This document shows, one piece after another, positions 62,155 through 64,000 of a stretch of 64,000 bases of DNA. A model generated the notes under the pieces. The model did not search any database and had not been told where the DNA came from. It was given only the letters and a program-made list of their open reading frames with translations. The stretch comes from Chrysomallon squamiferum (taxonomy: Eukaryota > Animalia > Mollusca): positions 34,534,001 to 34,598,000 of the forward strand of contig CM022672.1 in NCBI GenBank assembly GCA_012295275.1, in the 5' to 3' direction. Both the position numbers and the translations under genes were made by a program. Positions within the stretch are counted from its first letter, which is position 1. The number at the start of each line of letters is the position of its first letter.

Positions 62155-63237
62155 TTATTATTAGTAGTAGTAGTAGTAGTATTTTGTTGTTGTTGTTGCC
62201 TCTTCATAATTTTATTTAATTGATTGATACATTCAAATATATATAATAGCACTGTATTTACATTTTTCAGTGTGTCGATCAGGATTTTACGGTTCTGAGT
62301 GTAACAAACTGTGTAACAGTCGTCATTGTCAGTCTGATTCGTGTCCTGCTGACACAGGTTCTTGTAATGGAGGATGTCAGGCTGGATGGAGTGGAGTTGA
62401 CTGTACAGGTAACTAAATCATACCTACAGAGTGAGAATTTATAGAAAGATTTTTTCTTTCTTGTAAATGTTTTTACACAATGATAAGAGGGCGTTGGGGG
62501 GGGGGGTAATTGAACTGTACAGGTTGAATATGAAAACATTTACAATACACCTCATGCAATAAAGAAAAAACAATTTCTGGACTGTTGCTAAGTTTTGCAC
62601 TGTGGGAACTATTGTAGTGTGAACAAAGGACACAGTGGTAGAAGGAGAAGTGTTGGTTCAAGTAAGAAAACAGTCAACTGTGCTCGGTCAGAGAAAATCC
62701 ATGATGTGTGGAAACTAACACTGACTGTTCAACGTCTCCTAACAGTTCACTTGCATCTCCTTTCACTGAAAAATTAAGTAGCAGAATGAACTGACATACC
62801 GACATTAGACAGCAATTTGTAGGTGATTTTCCAAAAATCTGGACACAGATGATTAATATGTTATCAAGCAGATTTTTTCTCGGAAAATTAACCAAAATAT
62901 CTTTCTTAACTGAGAATCCAGGTAATGAACTAATAGATTCGGCTCAACTTTACACTGCAGCAGTCAGTCACTGGACGCTGAGCAGTTCAACATGTGGTTT
63001 GAAATGTAATTATTAGTCCATCTATCCGTCCTTTTGGGTGTTTTTTTAATTATTATTATTATCATCATTGTTATTATTATTATTTTTAAAATAAATGTAG
63101 TCAATATTACCTGAAATGAATGTACGGAAATTATTTTACAGATTTATTATTATTTTGTTTTATTTATTTTACTTTACTCCCTACATATGTGTTTTGAAAA
63201 GTAATTATTAGACCGTTTGGGTGTTTTCTAAATTATG

Positions 63238-63293
<56 letters not shown>

Positions 63294-63445
63294 TACTATT
63301 TTTTTTTTTTTTTTTGAGAAATGTCTGCACTATCATCTAAAATGAATGTATGGAAATTATTTTACACATTTATTTATTTAATTATATACTTATTTACTTT
63401 ACATATACGTGTGTCTCTTTGCGTGTGTGTGTGAGTGTTTTAACA

Positions 63446-63477
<32 letters not shown>

Positions 63478-63847
63478 GTTATTGTTATGGTTGATGTTGT
63501 TGTTGTTGTTGCTGTTTTTAATTAGAAGGTTAGGGCTGATTAGTTTTAACATTAAAGAACTATACTGAATGTAACTGTTTTAAAAAATACATTTATTTTC
63601 TTCTCTATTATTTAAAGTGCGAATCAAATAGAGATAAAGAAAGGGATACAATTAGAGAAGACAAATGAGTTATTTGTTTATTTTATTTATGTTTTAGTTA
63701 TGTGTCAGTCAGGTACAACTTATGGTACTAACTGTAACAAACTGTGTAAAGATCGTCACTGTTTGAATTCTCAACAAAACTGTCCTACAGACACTGGATC
63801 GTGTAGTGGACAATGTCAGACAGCCTGGGATGGAATAGATTGTACAG
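57208..63847 (+). CDS. F-type-lectin (fucolectin/discoidin-like) domain + EGF-repeat protein, MEGF10/SCARF-like, 3'-incomplete; one frameshift near 60067
   Basis: Exons 57208-57286 (signal MAGCWISLQFLVCCLILQSAKTTAG), 60038-60245 (NVAGNKNAY/QNS...GVDG...PYTWWEVDLGKSYFIHEVKIYFR), 60979-61200 (HLCGTV...INCNVNARYVTVYQ...ALDFVEVEVY), 62271-62408 (CRSGFYGSECNKLCNSRHC...CQAGWSGVDCT) and 63698-63847 (CQSGTTYGTNCNKLC...CQTAWDGIDCT). All phase-1 introns; one extra base in GCATATCCAAAAT. Confidence 0.82.
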
Positions 63848-64000
63848 GTAATTAAACATTTTAGCAAAAGTCATGGAAGAAAGAAAAAATATTTAAAAAA
63901 CTTAAAAAGAAAAAAAGAAGAAAATAAAAGTAAAACAAAAAGCTTTAAAATACCTGTATAACTAATTTGAACTACCTGTGTAAGTAATTTGAACTGGCAG

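Overview
AT-rich, microsatellite-dense eukaryotic DNA with spliced genes. The gene content suggests a mollusc, probably a gastropod (inference). Most of the supplied ORF track is simple-repeat noise, so the genes were rebuilt by hand from GT-AG exons. From left to right: (1) two tandem paralogous secreted low-complexity proteins with Gly/Met-rich tails, resembling shell-matrix proteins (3585-7162, 14775-21868); (2) a cluster of hedgehog-related genes encoding signal peptide + tiny cargo peptide + Hint/Hog autoprocessing domain, made of two intact head-to-head 5-exon genes (42175-45221 minus, 49965-52800 plus), one pseudogene (24805-26603), an orphan terminal exon (39854-40068) and an orphan internal exon (48960-49062); (3) an intronless torsin-family AAA+ gene flanked by ~0.95-kb direct repeats; (4) a 200-N gap, then the Tyr-motif tail of one receptor and the 5' part of an F-type-lectin/EGF-repeat protein. 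The most striking system is the Hog cluster. Near-identical autoprocessing domains carry hypervariable ~40-aa eight-cysteine peptides (a 12-aa Cys-free peptide in the pseudogene) instead of a Hedge domain. This suggests a self-lipidating, toxin/defensin-like peptide family.
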